Positions 16,658 to 27,508 of a stretch of 64,000 nt of DNA are shown one piece after another. Source of the DNA: Candidatus Magasanikiibacteriota bacterium. Lineage in GTDB: Bacteria; Patescibacteriota; Patescibacteriia; Magasanikbacterales; GWA2-37-8. Position numbers and translations under genes: made by a program. The notes under the pieces are model-generated. The model had not been told where the DNA came from and searched no databases. It saw only the letters and a program-made list of their open reading frames with translations. How positions within the stretch are numbered: position 1 is the stretch's first letter; each line of letters opens with the position of its first letter. The stretch lies in contig JACOYB010000004.1 of the NCBI GenBank assembly GCA_016182085.1, positions 211,923 to 275,922 on the forward strand. Direction: 5' to 3'.

Positions 16658-18673
16658 GTGAACGTATCCGAATTAGCCCGACAACTCCGAATTCATCCGC
16701 AAAAGCTTTTGCAAATTCTGCCTGAGTTTGGTTTTGATATTGGCGCCCGTGCGGTAAAAATAGACGATCGAGTGGCTCAGCAAATCCAGCGCCAGTGGAA
16801 ACGAATGAAGTTTGTCATGGAAGAGCGAGAGCAAAAGGAAAAAGAAAAGCAGAAAGAATTAGAAAAAGAAGCCCGCAAAAGCAGCGGTGTGACCGTAAAC
16901 ATTGCCGATAAGCTAACTGTAAAAGAGTTGGCTGATTTGTTGCAAATGCCAGTTACCAGACTGATTATGGAATTCATGAAAAACGGTATTTTGGCTACTC
17001 AAAATGAAAATATAGATCGTGATACAGCGGCACTGGTAGCCCAAGAGCTTGGGTTTACCGTGGCCGAAGGAAATGGCGAAACCAAGGCTGAAGAAACTTC
17101 GCATGTGGAAAATTTGGAAAATATTTTAACAACAGAGGGTGGATCTGCCAGACCGCCGGTAATTGTCGTGATGGGTCATGTTGATCATGGTAAGACCAAA
17201 TTACTAGACTCTATTCGCAATGCCAATGTAATGGCGCAAGAAGCGGGCGGTATTACTCAGCATATCGGTGCGTACCAAGTTGTCTGGAATAATCCAAAAA
17301 CAAAAGAAAAATCACCTCTCACTTTTATTGATACTCCTGGTCACGAAGCGTTTTCGGTGATGCGCGGTCGCGGTGCCAAGGTGGCCGATATTGCCGTGCT
17401 AGTGGTGGCGGCCGATGATAGTGTGAAGCCGCAAACCATAGAAGCGATAAATATTATTAAAGCGGTAAAGCTGCCGGTAGTGGTGGCAATAAACAAAATG
17501 GATAAAGAAGGCGCTGATCCAAAAAAAGTACGAGCCGATTTGTCTCAGCATAATATTTTGGCCGAAGAGTGGGGCGGCGATGTGCCGATGGTAGAAATTT
17601 CCGCTAAAAATAATTTAAATATAGATAAGCTTTTGGATGTTCTGCTTTTGGTTGCTGATGTTCATGCCGATGAAATAAAAGCCAATCCGGATAGGGCTGC
17701 GGCTGGAACAGTCATTGAAGCGCATGTAGACAAAGGCGAAGGACCCGTGGCCACTGTGCTTGTGCAAACCGGAACTCTAAAACTAAACGATCCGCTAGTG
17801 GTAAACGGAGAAATTTACGGCAAAGTGCGCGCCATGAGAGATTATAAAGGAGAAAATTTAAAAGAAGCCGTGCCCAGCTGTCCGGTAAGAATTTTGGGTT
17901 TCAAGGTAGCGCCGCAGGTAGGAGATATTTTGGATGTGGGCAGCGCCGATTCCGCCACTTTGATTAGCATTAAAGAAAAAAGAAATATCCAATCGGGAGC
18001 GGAAAAGAAAACTGTTTCTAGAACTGCCGACCCGGAAGAAGAGGAGCAGAAAAAAGTTTTAAATTTGATAATTAAAGCCGATACCCTCGGGTCTTTGGAA
18101 GCGATTATTGGGTCTTTGGAAAAAATAAAAAACGAAGAAGTGGGCGTGCGCGTGGTAGGCAAAGGTTTGGGAAATGTTATGGCCGACGATGTGGCTAAAG
18201 CCGAAACCACTCACGCCGTAATTTGTGGTTTTAATGTAACTCCGGTAGTGCTTGCCAAAAACATGATTCAAGATAAAAATATACAATTTTTGCAATTTAG
18301 TGTAATATACGATCTCATAGATTTCGTGAAAGGTGAATTGAAAAAACTCCTCAATCCGGAAAAAATTGTTATTGAATTGGGTAGTTTGCGGGTGGCGGCC
18401 ATATTTAGAACGACCAAAAATAGCATGATTGTAGGCGGAAGGGTAGAATCTGGAAAATTAAAAAAAGATGCCAAAATACGAGTAAAGAGAGGCGGAGAAG
18501 TAATTGGTATTGGTAAGTTAGCCCAGCTTCAATCTGGTAAACAAGCAGTGAACGAATTGCCAGAAGGAAACGAGGGCGGTTTGCAATTTGACGGCAAAAT
18601 AAAGTTGGAAGTAGGCGACGTTTTAGAAGCTTATAAAGAAGAAGAAAAGGAAAAGAAATTGATTTTGGAGTAG
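16658..18673 (+). CDS. infB: Translation initiation factor IF-2
   Basis: GHVDHGKT, EAGGITQHIGAY, DTPGHEAF, NKMD. Confidence 0.97.
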   Translation: MNVSELARQLRIHPQKLLQILPEFGFDIGARAVKIDDRVAQQIQRQWKRMKFVMEEREQKEKEKQKELEKEARKSSGVTVNIADKLTVKELADLLQMPVTRLIMEFMKNGILATQNENIDRDTAALVAQELGFTVAEGNGETKAEETSHVENLENILTTEGGSARPPVIVVMGHVDHGKTKLLDSIRNANVMAQEAGGITQHIGAYQVVWNNPKTKEKSPLTFIDTPGHEAFSVMRGRGAKVADIAVLVVAADDSVKPQTIEAINIIKAVKLPVVVAINKMDKEGADPKKVRADLSQHNILAEEWGGDVPMVEISAKNNLNIDKLLDVLLLVADVHADEIKANPDRAAAGTVIEAHVDKGEGPVATVLVQTGTLKLNDPLVVNGEIYGKVRAMRDYKGENLKEAVPSCPVRILGFKVAPQVGDILDVGSADSATLISIKEKRNIQSGAEKKTVSRTADPEEEEQKKVLNLIIKADTLGSLEAIIGSLEKIKNEEVGVRVVGKGLGNVMADDVAKAETTHAVICGFNVTPVVLAKNMIQDKNIQFLQFSVIYDLIDFVKGELKKLLNPEKIVIELGSLRVAAIFRTTKNSMIVGGRVESGKLKKDAKIRVKRGGEVIGIGKLAQLQSGKQAVNELPEGNEGGLQFDGKIKLEVGDVLEAYKEEEKEKKLILE

Positions 18674-18684
18674 TTGTTGTCTAG

Positions 18685-18787
18685 TGTCATTGCGAACCTC
18701 GCTTTTGCGAGGTGTGGCAATCCCAAAGTTTGGTAGTGGTACAAAATTAACGGGATTGCCGCGTCGCTACGGCTCCTCGCAATGACA
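18685..18787. repeat. Intergenic TGTCATTGCG...CGCAATGACA palindromic element
   Basis: Terminal inverted repeat with inner GGCAATCCC/GGGATTGCC. Confidence 0.85.
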
Positions 18788-18821
18788 AAAATGCATAATT
18801 TATAATTTTTTCTTAAACTAT

Positions 18822-19142
18822 ATGGAACACATATTTACCGAAGCAAATTTTAATGAAGAAGTTTTAAAATCAAAGACGCCAGTATTTATTGATTTTTGGG
18901 CAGCTTGGTGCGGGCCATGCCAAATGATGTCTCCGATTGTAGAAGAAATGGCCAAATCTTACGAAGGTAAAAATATCAAAATCGGCAAATGCAATGTAGA
19001 TGAAAATCCGGAGATTTCTTCAAAGTATAATATCATGAGCATCCCTTCTTTTATGTTGTTTAAAAATGGCGAGCCGGTAGATCAAGTAGTGGGTGGCGTG
19101 CCAAAAGAAAAGTTGCAGAGCATGATAGATAAGCATCTATAA
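18822..19142 (+). CDS. trxA: Thioredoxin
   Basis: DFWAAWCGPC. Confidence 0.96.
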   Translation: MEHIFTEANFNEEVLKSKTPVFIDFWAAWCGPCQMMSPIVEEMAKSYEGKNIKIGKCNVDENPEISSKYNIMSIPSFMLFKNGEPVDQVVGGVPKEKLQSMIDKHL

Positions 19143-19246
19143 AAAATTAAACCTTAAACTGAAAGACGGCGACCCCGTCTTTCTTGATTTTTTACCCTAA
19201 GTTCGGTAACATAAATGAATAAAATTGTTTTTATATGGGCTCAGCT

Positions 19247-22200
19247 ATGAAAAAGTACGACCCGAAAAAAATTGAAAAAAAGTGGCAAACTTATTGGGCT
19301 AAAAATAAGACTTTTGAAGTTAAAGAAGATAAGAAGAAAGAAAAATTTTATTCACTCATAGAATTCCCTTACCCAAGCGGAGAAGGACTTCATGTTGGCC
19401 ACCCGCGTCCATTTACGGCCATGGACGTAATTTCTCGTAAAAAAAGAATGGAAGGCAAAAATGTTTTATTCCCAATTGGTTTTGATGCGTTTGGACTGCC
19501 TACCGAAAATTTTGCCATTAAAACCGGCAAGCCGCCGGCCGAAGTAACCAAAAAAAATATTGCCAATTTTACGCGCCAACTCAAGATGTTGGGCTTTAGC
19601 TTTGATTGGTCTCGTGCTGTTGATACTACCGACCCAAATTATTATAAATGGACGCAAGAGATTTTTTTACAATTTTTCAAACATGGACTTGCTTACAAAA
19701 AAAACCAACCGATAAATTGGTGTCCAAAAGATAAAATCGGTCTGGCTAACGAAGAAGTAGTAAACGGAAATTGTGAGCGTTGTGGTACGGCCGTGGAAAA
19801 AAGAAATAAGGAACAGTGGATGCTGGCGATTACCAAATATGCGGATAAACTTTTACAAGGATTAAAAAATGTAGATTATATTGAGCGAGCCAGATTGCAG
19901 CAAGAGAATTGGATCGGCAAAAGCGAAGGTGCGCTGGTTCGTTTTTCGGTTGTCATTCCCGCCAAAGCGGGAATCCAGACAATTCAATCGGACGCTGGAT
20001 TCCCGATCAAGTCGGGAATGACAACGGTTGAAGTATTTACTACCCGCCCAGATACAATTTTTGGAGCTACTTTTTTGGCTATCTCTCCGGAGTTGGCCAA
20101 GAGTTGGTTAGAAGTGGGTTGGCAGGCTAGCGAAGAAGTTAAAAAATATATAACTCAAGCGCTGGAAGCTCGAAGCGCGGCCACTACTCGCGAAGAGCAA
20201 GAAAAAACAGGTATTAGCGCTGGTATTGTAGCCATTAATCCAGTTTCCAAAAAAGAAATTCCAGTTTGGATTACCAATTATGTAATGGGCGAAGTCGGTA
20301 CAGGCGCGATTATGGGTGTGCCGGCACACGATGAGCGTGATTTTGATTTTGCCAAGAAGTTTGGTTTGCCAGTTAAGCAAGTGGTTATGCAAAATATTGT
20401 GGTGGCAGGCGCTGCCGCACCACGAGATAATAAGGGTTTAATACAACGTAAAGTAGTTACAGGTATTATTCGCAATCCAAAAAATGATTCTTTTTTACTT
20501 TTACGACGCGCAGATAAAGAAAGTTCTTTTGTCGGTGGTACCATTGAAGATGGAGAGGATGCTATTGCAGCATTACGTCGTGAAATTGTAGAGGAAACTG
20601 GATATACAGATTTTGAAATTAAAAATACTGTTTTTCCTAATTTTTTTGGTAATGGTTATAAATTACGCGTTGATAAAAATTGCCTTGATTTTGAATATTT
20701 TTATGCGGTTGAATTAAATAGCGAACTTCACCAAGAGGTCAGTAAGGAAGAAATGGCAAAGCACGAGCCATTTTGGGTACCACGTGCGGATGTGTCTAAA
20801 ACAGTCACGCTTACAACGCATCAATACATGTGGAATCTTTATCAAGAAAATAAATACTGCTTCTCTGAAGATGGTATTGCTGTAAGTTCTGATTTTTTAA
20901 ATGGATTAAAAACACCGGAGGCCAAAGAAAAAATGATTAGCTGGCTTGAAGAACATAAGATAGGCAAAAAACAAATAAATTATAAATTGCGCGATTGGGT
21001 ATTTTCTCGCCAGCGTTATTGGGGTGAGCCTATCCCATTGGTATATTGTGAACATTGTAAAAATAAAAAACAGAAAGCTTTATTAATTCATGGTTTTGAA
21101 GCTACTGGAGATAGTAATTGGTTACCGTGGATGAAAATAGAATTAGAAAAACAAGGCTTTGAAGTAATGGTGCCAGCTCTGCCGGATAGTAGTCATCCTG
21201 ATCTTGGAAAATGGCTAGCAGTGTTGCAGCCGTATTTTGATAAATTGGGAGAAAATGATGTTATTGTTGGCCATAGTCTTGGCAGCAAAGCAGCCTTGCA
21301 CCTGCTAGAGACAAGTAAAAAGAAAATTGGTCATGTTTATTTAGTTGCTTCGGCTATTGGGCTTTTGGAGGAGCGGGATTGGAGTAAATTTGAACGCGAA
21401 TGGAAAGGGTCTGATGTAAAAGCGTTGCAAAAATTTTGGGAGAAGCCAGTTAAGTGGGAAGCGGTGGAAAAGTCAGTTGGTAATAAAAATTTAATTTTAT
21501 CTTCTGATGATCCATACATTAAAAAAGAAACTCATAAAAATTTGCCACCAGGATGGTTTTATCAGTTATGGTCTGGCTTTGGTCATTTCCAGCAAAAACA
21601 AATTCCTGAATTGTTAAATTTAATTTTGCAGAGTAAAAACACTGGCTGGGTACCTCTTCCCGAAAGTGAATTGCCGCTCAAACTTCCAAAAGTAGAAAAG
21701 TATCAGCCTACCGATACAGGCGAATCTCCGTTGGCGGCAATGGAAAAATGGGTAAAAACTAAATGTCCAAATTGTGGTGGCCCGGCCAAACGAGAAACAG
21801 ATACCATGCCAAATTGGGCCGGCTCAAGCTGGTATTTTTTGGCGTATGCGATGGGTGGGAAAAAAAGATTAAAAGAAAAAGGCGATAAATTTTGGGATAA
21901 AGAAATGCTAAAACATTGGCAACCGGTAGATTGGTACAATGGGGGAATGGAGCATACAGTTTTGCATTTGCTCTACTCTCGTTTTTGGAATCAATTTTTG
22001 TATGATATTGGCATGGTGCCAACACCGGAGCCATACGCCAAACGCACTTCGCACGGCATGATTCTGGCCAAAGGCGGAGAAAAGATGAGTAAATCGCGCG
22101 GCAATGTGGTAAACCCGGATGAGATGGTAGAACAGTTTGGCGCCGATGCTTTGCGTACCTATATTATGTTTATGGGTCCGTTTGATCAGGCGGTAGAGTG

Positions 22201-22765
22201 GGATACAAATGGGTTGGTGGGAGTAAAAAGATTTTTGGATAAAGTTTGGCGTTTAGGGAATAGGATCGGGGAGCATAAATTAGATCATCCTTGGGCAATG
22301 CATAAAACAATAGCTGCCGTTTCTGCAAGAATTGACAGTATGAGTTTTAATACCGCCATTTCAGAAATGATGGTTTATGCAAATTTATTAGAAAATCATT
22401 TAGGAGAAAATAAAGAGAATGGCACAGTTTCTCGTGAGGCAGTTGAAGCACTTGTGCTGCTTTTATCACCTTTTGCTCCACACTTATGTGAGCAAATATG
22501 GAGCCAGCTTGGTCATGAAAAAAGTATTGCCTTTGAAAAATGGCCAGAAGCTAATCAGGAAGAGTTAGAAAAAAAACAGAATATTAATTTGGCCGTGCAA
22601 GTAAACGGTAAATTACGTGACACTGTAACTGCTTGGTCCGATATTTCAGAGGAAGAAGCAAAGAAAGCGGCACTCGCTAGTGAAAAAATCCAAAAGTGGC
22701 TGGAAGGCAAAGAGCCGAAAAAAGTTATTTATGTAAAAGGCAAGTTAGTGAGTATCGTGGTTTAG
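19247..22765 (+). CDS. leuS: Leucine-tRNA ligase with inserted NUDIX and alpha/beta-hydrolase domains
   Basis: FPYPSGEGLHVGH, FTTRPDT, GAIMGVPAHDERD, RDWVFSRQRYWGEP, KMSKS; start 19247 or 19235. Confidence 0.95.
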   Translation: MKKYDPKKIEKKWQTYWAKNKTFEVKEDKKKEKFYSLIEFPYPSGEGLHVGHPRPFTAMDVISRKKRMEGKNVLFPIGFDAFGLPTENFAIKTGKPPAEVTKKNIANFTRQLKMLGFSFDWSRAVDTTDPNYYKWTQEIFLQFFKHGLAYKKNQPINWCPKDKIGLANEEVVNGNCERCGTAVEKRNKEQWMLAITKYADKLLQGLKNVDYIERARLQQENWIGKSEGALVRFSVVIPAKAGIQTIQSDAGFPIKSGMTTVEVFTTRPDTIFGATFLAISPELAKSWLEVGWQASEEVKKYITQALEARSAATTREEQEKTGISAGIVAINPVSKKEIPVWITNYVMGEVGTGAIMGVPAHDERDFDFAKKFGLPVKQVVMQNIVVAGAAAPRDNKGLIQRKVVTGIIRNPKNDSFLLLRRADKESSFVGGTIEDGEDAIAALRREIVEETGYTDFEIKNTVFPNFFGNGYKLRVDKNCLDFEYFYAVELNSELHQEVSKEEMAKHEPFWVPRADVSKTVTLTTHQYMWNLYQENKYCFSEDGIAVSSDFLNGLKTPEAKEKMISWLEEHKIGKKQINYKLRDWVFSRQRYWGEPIPLVYCEHCKNKKQKALLIHGFEATGDSNWLPWMKIELEKQGFEVMVPALPDSSHPDLGKWLAVLQPYFDKLGENDVIVGHSLGSKAALHLLETSKKKIGHVYLVASAIGLLEERDWSKFEREWKGSDVKALQKFWEKPVKWEAVEKSVGNKNLILSSDDPYIKKETHKNLPPGWFYQLWSGFGHFQQKQIPELLNLILQSKNTGWVPLPESELPLKLPKVEKYQPTDTGESPLAAMEKWVKTKCPNCGGPAKRETDTMPNWAGSSWYFLAYAMGGKKRLKEKGDKFWDKEMLKHWQPVDWYNGGMEHTVLHLLYSRFWNQFLYDIGMVPTPEPYAKRTSHGMILAKGGEKMSKSRGNVVNPDEMVEQFGADALRTYIMFMGPFDQAVEWDTNGLVGVKRFLDKVWRLGNRIGEHKLDHPWAMHKTIAAVSARIDSMSFNTAISEMMVYANLLENHLGENKENGTVSREAVEALVLLLSPFAPHLCEQIWSQLGHEKSIAFEKWPEANQEELEKKQNINLAVQVNGKLRDTVTAWSDISEEEAKKAALASEKIQKWLEGKEPKKVIYVKGKLVSIVV
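19951..20023. repeat. TGTCATTCCCG...CGGGAATGACA element, in frame in leuS
   Basis: Two ATTCCC-N8-GGGAAT hairpins; encodes VIPAKAGIQTIQSDAGFPIKSGMT. Confidence 0.9.
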
Positions 22766-22868
22766 GCAGGCCAATTTAGTTTTATTAATGTTGGTTATTG
22801 TGGTAGAATAACAGAAAGTTAACTGTATTTGATTATGTCTGCCAAAGCTGAAAAAAGGATTATTTATT

Positions 22869-24878
22869 ATGCAAACAAGCAGCCAGTTAACCCAGATAGC
22901 CAAAAATATTTCCGAGGCATTGGCAATAACCGTGTTTTTAATTGGAGTTTTGGTTTTAATCGGCTGGCAATTTAATATCGAGATCTTAAAAAGCGTCTCT
23001 CGTGATTTTGTAACCATGAAGTCAAATACGGCTTTAAGCCTAGTATTTTTGGGTATATCTTTATGGTCTTTGCAAGAAAAACGAGCGCAAAGCCGGACGA
23101 GTTATATAGGTTGGGTGAGCGCGGTAGCGGCGATGTTTGTAGGCGGGATTACAATACTGGAATATATCATAAAAGTTAATTTAGGCATCGATAAATTTTT
23201 ATTTCAAGAATCTTCATCGGCATTTCTTACCATTTATCCGGGCAGGATGGCTTTAAACACGGCCTTTAGTTTTGTTTTTTTAGGTGTTTCTCTTTTGTAT
23301 TTAAACATAAAAACTAAGCGTGGCTTATATCTATCTATCGTTCCAGCTATTTTGGTCATGTTGGCGGCGACACTCGTAATAATAGGGTATTTTTTTGACG
23401 TATCGGAGTTTTATCTGGGGAATATTTCCTATACGCCCATGGCTTTGCACACGGCCATTTCATTTTTTTTAATAAGTTTTGGGATTTTATTTGCTCATCC
23501 CGAAGGCAATTTGACCAGAGTTTTTGTTAGTAGTAGTTTGGCGGGCAGTACAGTTCGCCGTTTGCTGCCCATGGCTTTTGTGGTGCCGGTAATTTTTGGT
23601 TTGCTGGAAGAACTTAGCGATCATTATGATTTTTTTAGCGTTGATTTCGGTCGGTCTGTTACGGCTTTTGTTAGTATTATAGTGCTAGCCGCGCTTATTT
23701 GGCTTAATGCTATTTTAATGGAGAAAAAAGAGGAAGCTCGGTCGCGGGCGGAGGAAAAATTAGAAAAAGAAAAACAAATATCCCAGTCTCTGTCTAAGGA
23801 TTTAGAAAAATTTAAATTAGCGGCAGATACGGTGGCCGACCATGTGATTATTACCGACGCTAATGGCATAATTTTATATGCCAATAAAGCCGTGGAAATT
23901 ATTACTGGCTATAAAATAGAAGAAGTGGTGGGCAAAAAGGCCGGCCAGGTTTGGGGCGGCCACATGTCAAAAAAGTTTTATGAAAATTTGTGGCATAAAA
24001 TCAAAAAAGAAAAGAAATTATTTGTGGGAGAATTGACCAATTATAAAAAAGACGGCACTCCTTATATAGCCGAAGTAAGAATAAGTCCTATTTTATATGA
24101 TGGCGGAGTAGTCCATTTTTTTGTCGGCATTGAAAGAGATGTTACCAAAATAAGAGAATTAGATAAAATGAGAGCTGAATTCATATCACTCGCGTCTCAC
24201 CAGCTGCGCACGCCGCTTACGGCTATAAAATGGTATGTTGAAATTTTGTTGAAAACAAAAAGAGAACACCAAGAGGATGGGTATTTGCGGCAGGTTTATG
24301 CCAGTAATGAGCGGATGATAAAGCTGGTTAACGATTTGTTGGATGTTTCGCATATTGAGTCAGGAAAAAAATTCAGCGTTATTTTAAAAATAGTTGATCT
24401 TGTTCCTGTTGTGAAAGATGTTGTTGAAATGATATCCGTTTCTTTAAGGAGCCGCCAGAATAAAGGAGAGATAAATTTAGATAGCGGATTCCCTAAAGAG
24501 CTCAAATTAGATATTGATGAGATTAAGATACGCCAGGTTTTTCAAAATCTTATTGATAATGCGGTTAATTATTCCTTGGATAAATTTAAAATAATAGTTG
24601 GCTATAAGCAGGAAGGCGATATGGCCATTTTTTATGTCAAAGACCATGGGCTTGGCATACCAAAAAATCAACAGTCGCGCGTTTTTGAAAAATTTTTTCG
24701 CGCCGATAATACGACGGCCGTTAATACTACGGGGACAGGTTTGGGACTGTACATAGCCAAAGCCATTGTGGAAAGGCACGGCGGGAAAATTTGGTTTGAA
24801 TCAGAAGAGAGGGTCGGCACTACCTTCTACTTTTCTTTGCCGTTAAATCGTGATATGCTATTAGCTAGCAAGGAGTAA
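22869..24878 (+). CDS. Membrane PAS-domain sensor histidine kinase
   Basis: TM region, PAS (IITDANGIILYAN), SHQLRTPLT, NAVNY, GTGLGL. Confidence 0.92.
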   Translation: MQTSSQLTQIAKNISEALAITVFLIGVLVLIGWQFNIEILKSVSRDFVTMKSNTALSLVFLGISLWSLQEKRAQSRTSYIGWVSAVAAMFVGGITILEYIIKVNLGIDKFLFQESSSAFLTIYPGRMALNTAFSFVFLGVSLLYLNIKTKRGLYLSIVPAILVMLAATLVIIGYFFDVSEFYLGNISYTPMALHTAISFFLISFGILFAHPEGNLTRVFVSSSLAGSTVRRLLPMAFVVPVIFGLLEELSDHYDFFSVDFGRSVTAFVSIIVLAALIWLNAILMEKKEEARSRAEEKLEKEKQISQSLSKDLEKFKLAADTVADHVIITDANGIILYANKAVEIITGYKIEEVVGKKAGQVWGGHMSKKFYENLWHKIKKEKKLFVGELTNYKKDGTPYIAEVRISPILYDGGVVHFFVGIERDVTKIRELDKMRAEFISLASHQLRTPLTAIKWYVEILLKTKREHQEDGYLRQVYASNERMIKLVNDLLDVSHIESGKKFSVILKIVDLVPVVKDVVEMISVSLRSRQNKGEINLDSGFPKELKLDIDEIKIRQVFQNLIDNAVNYSLDKFKIIVGYKQEGDMAIFYVKDHGLGIPKNQQSRVFEKFFRADNTTAVNTTGTGLGLYIAKAIVERHGGKIWFESEERVGTTFYFSLPLNRDMLLASKE

Positions 24879-24894
24879 TTTTGTATCTCTAAGT

Positions 24895-25266
24895 ATGAAG
24901 AAAATTCTTATAGTTGAGGACGAGTTAGCGCTGTTGTACGCTTTGGCATCCCAATTTAGTAAAAAGCAATTTACAGTCTTTGAAGCTGTAGATGGCGAAG
25001 AGGGCTTGAAAAAAGCCATAGATGAGCAGCCGGATTTAATTTTATTGGATTTATTGATGCCAAAAAAAGACGGCATGTCCATGTTAAAAGATTTGCGCAA
25101 GCATCCGTGGGGCAAAAACGCGAAAGTTATAATTTTAACCAATTTAAGCGATGCCGAAAAAGTTGACGAAGCGCTTAAAAATGGCACCTATGATTATTTG
25201 GTAAAAACCGATTGGAACATCACTCAAGTCATTGAAAAAGTAAAGGCTAGTTTGGGAATGAAATAG
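24895..25266 (+). CDS. Single-domain response regulator
   Basis: ILIVEDE, PDLILLDLLMP, DYLVK. Confidence 0.92.
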   Translation: MKKILIVEDELALLYALASQFSKKQFTVFEAVDGEEGLKKAIDEQPDLILLDLLMPKKDGMSMLKDLRKHPWGKNAKVIILTNLSDAEKVDEALKNGTYDYLVKTDWNITQVIEKVKASLGMK

Positions 25267-25273
25267 CCGGACT

Positions 25274-26848
25274 ATGTCTTTGTTGGACATAGACGTAATA
25301 AAACGCGCCGCGCTTCAATGGACGATTGCGCGGCATGATTTCGCTAAATCAAAAAGCAAAACGTTTCTCGCGTTTTGTTTTTGTTTTATAGCCGGCGCGG
25401 GCAGTTTTTCTTTCTTAGAAAGCGCAAATCTTTTATTTTATCTGTATATTTTTGTCTTTGTTATTTTATTTTTTACTATTATTTTCTGGTATAAAAAGTC
25501 GCATAGATTTTTATGGTTATGTCTGTTATTTTTTATTTTAGGAGCCGTTAGATTTTTAATTACCATTCCGGAAAAAAATAATTCCAGAGTAGAATTTTAT
25601 AATGGCGAGAAAAAGATTGTTCAAGGATTTATTATCAAAGAACCGGATAGAGGTGTAAGTGACGTGCGATATATCGTGCGTGTTGAAAAATTAAAAGAGG
25701 GTAGAAATTTTATTCCGGTAACAGGTAATATTGCGATCAAAACTCTGATTTATCCGGAATATAATTACGGCGATAATTTGGAAGTAGAATGTTTGTTGCA
25801 AGAGCCGGCAAATTTTGAAGATAGTAGATTTAATTACCAAAAATATTTGGCTAAACAAGATGTGCGGTCTATCTGCAGCAATCCAAAAATAAAAATATTA
25901 AAAGGCAGTAGCGGAAACTGGTTTATTAAAACTATGCTGGGTTTTAAGAAAAAAATACAAATCAATATTTCTCGGTTATGGCCCGAACCAGACGGCAGTC
26001 TAATGGCCGGAATACTCTATGGCAGCCGCAGCGGCTTGCCCGCAGATATAGCCGATAATTTTAGTCGTACAGGCATCAGTCATATTATTGCGGTATCCGG
26101 GTATAACGTAAGTATTATTATCGTGGCTTTAAATGCTATTTTAATTTATGTAGGATTTTTTCGCCGGCAATCATTTTGGCTTTTGGCATTTTTAATTTTA
26201 GCGTTTGTATTTTTTACCGGTGCCAGCGCTTCGGTGGTGCGCGCGGGAGTTATGGCGCTGGTAGTTTTGGTTGCGGGTCGGGTCGGCAGGCTGTCAGCTA
26301 TAGGACGGGTGTTGGTATATGCGTGTGTGATTATGCTTATTTTTAATCCGTATATACTTTTGTGGGATGCCGGGTTTCAACTATCATTTCTAGCCACGAT
26401 AGGTCTGGTGTATATATCGCCAATTATACAAAATTTTATTGATGGTAAATTTATTCTTAAAAATTCAGCTGTTTTAATTGTTCTAGAAGTATTTAGCACC
26501 ACCATGGCCGCGATTATCGCCACTCTGCCGCTTATTATGTATCAATTTGGCCGGGTGTCGCTCGTAGCGCCGCTTGTGAATATCCTAATTTTATGGGTCA
26601 TACCTTGGCTTATGTTGTTTGGATTTTTGGCGCTAATTTCTAGCTTTATAATTTTCCCCATCGGGCAACTTATTGCTTGGTTAACAGAAGTTGGTATACG
26701 GTATGTTATAATGGTAGTAAATTGGTTTGGGAATAAAAGCTGGAGCGCATTTGATATGCGAATTTCCTTGCCAGTTATGATTATTATTTACTTAATCTTA
26801 TTTATTTTTGTATGGCTAAAAAAGCCAAAGTTTTATCTTCAGAAATAG
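25274..26848 (+). CDS. comEC: ComEC/Rec2 competence protein, membrane channel part
   Basis: TGISHIIAVSGYN, SVVRAGVM, DAGFQLSFLAT. Confidence 0.92.
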   Translation: MSLLDIDVIKRAALQWTIARHDFAKSKSKTFLAFCFCFIAGAGSFSFLESANLLFYLYIFVFVILFFTIIFWYKKSHRFLWLCLLFFILGAVRFLITIPEKNNSRVEFYNGEKKIVQGFIIKEPDRGVSDVRYIVRVEKLKEGRNFIPVTGNIAIKTLIYPEYNYGDNLEVECLLQEPANFEDSRFNYQKYLAKQDVRSICSNPKIKILKGSSGNWFIKTMLGFKKKIQINISRLWPEPDGSLMAGILYGSRSGLPADIADNFSRTGISHIIAVSGYNVSIIIVALNAILIYVGFFRRQSFWLLAFLILAFVFFTGASASVVRAGVMALVVLVAGRVGRLSAIGRVLVYACVIMLIFNPYILLWDAGFQLSFLATIGLVYISPIIQNFIDGKFILKNSAVLIVLEVFSTTMAAIIATLPLIMYQFGRVSLVAPLVNILILWVIPWLMLFGFLALISSFIIFPIGQLIAWLTEVGIRYVIMVVNWFGNKSWSAFDMRISLPVMIIIYLILFIFVWLKKPKFYLQK

Positions 26849-27420
26849 GCTATAATTTGGCCGCTGCTGTGTATGATGAAAATGAAAATTATTTAAATAG
26901 TTTTGAACAAGGTGAGCTTATTCCTTTGCTTGGCGCTCTGGCTGACAAGAAGATTTTGGATGTTGGGGCTGGTACGGGCCGCCTATCCTTGCCCTTGGCA
27001 AATAGGGGGGCAAAAGTCACCGCTTTAGATGTCTCGTCCAACATGTTAGATTTAATAAAGAAAAAAAATAGTAAAATTGAAATTATTGTAGGTGATGCGG
27101 AAAGCCTGCCTTTTGAAGATAATACATTTGATATTGTGACGGCCGCATTTTTAATTGTGCATCTCAAAAACCCAACCAGATTTTTTGATGAAGCGTATAG
27201 AATCTTAAAAGACGGAGGGATTTTGGCGGTGACCAACATTAATCAGAAGGATCCGCCGCAAGTAAAAACAAAACAAGGTAATATTATAATTGAATCTTTT
27301 TATCATCGTCCGGAAAAAATAATAGAAATATTAAAATCGTTGGCTTTTAGCATTGCAGAAAATATTTTTGTAAAGGAAAAAGAGCTTTGGATAAATCAAG
27401 TTGTGGTGGCGAGAAAGTAA
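26812..27420 (+). CDS. Class I SAM-dependent methyltransferase
   Basis: ILDVGAGTG, GDAESLPFEDNTFD. Confidence 0.9.
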   Translation: MAKKAKVLSSEIGYNLAAAVYDENENYLNSFEQGELIPLLGALADKKILDVGAGTGRLSLPLANRGAKVTALDVSSNMLDLIKKKNSKIEIIVGDAESLPFEDNTFDIVTAAFLIVHLKNPTRFFDEAYRILKDGGILAVTNINQKDPPQVKTKQGNIIIESFYHRPEKIIEILKSLAFSIAENIFVKEKELWINQVVVARK

Positions 27421-27508
27421 AATAAAAACACATCCTCCTTCCCATGTTTACAAAATTTTATAAAAATGGGAAGGCCGAAGGATGTGTGTTTGTCCGGCGG
27501 CCTGCACG

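Noticed and set aside
19951-21640. Inteins or introns explaining the LeuRS length
   Set aside because: No C/S...HN intein termini or LAGLIDADG motifs seen; the inserts are recognisable hydrolase domains and a palindrome.
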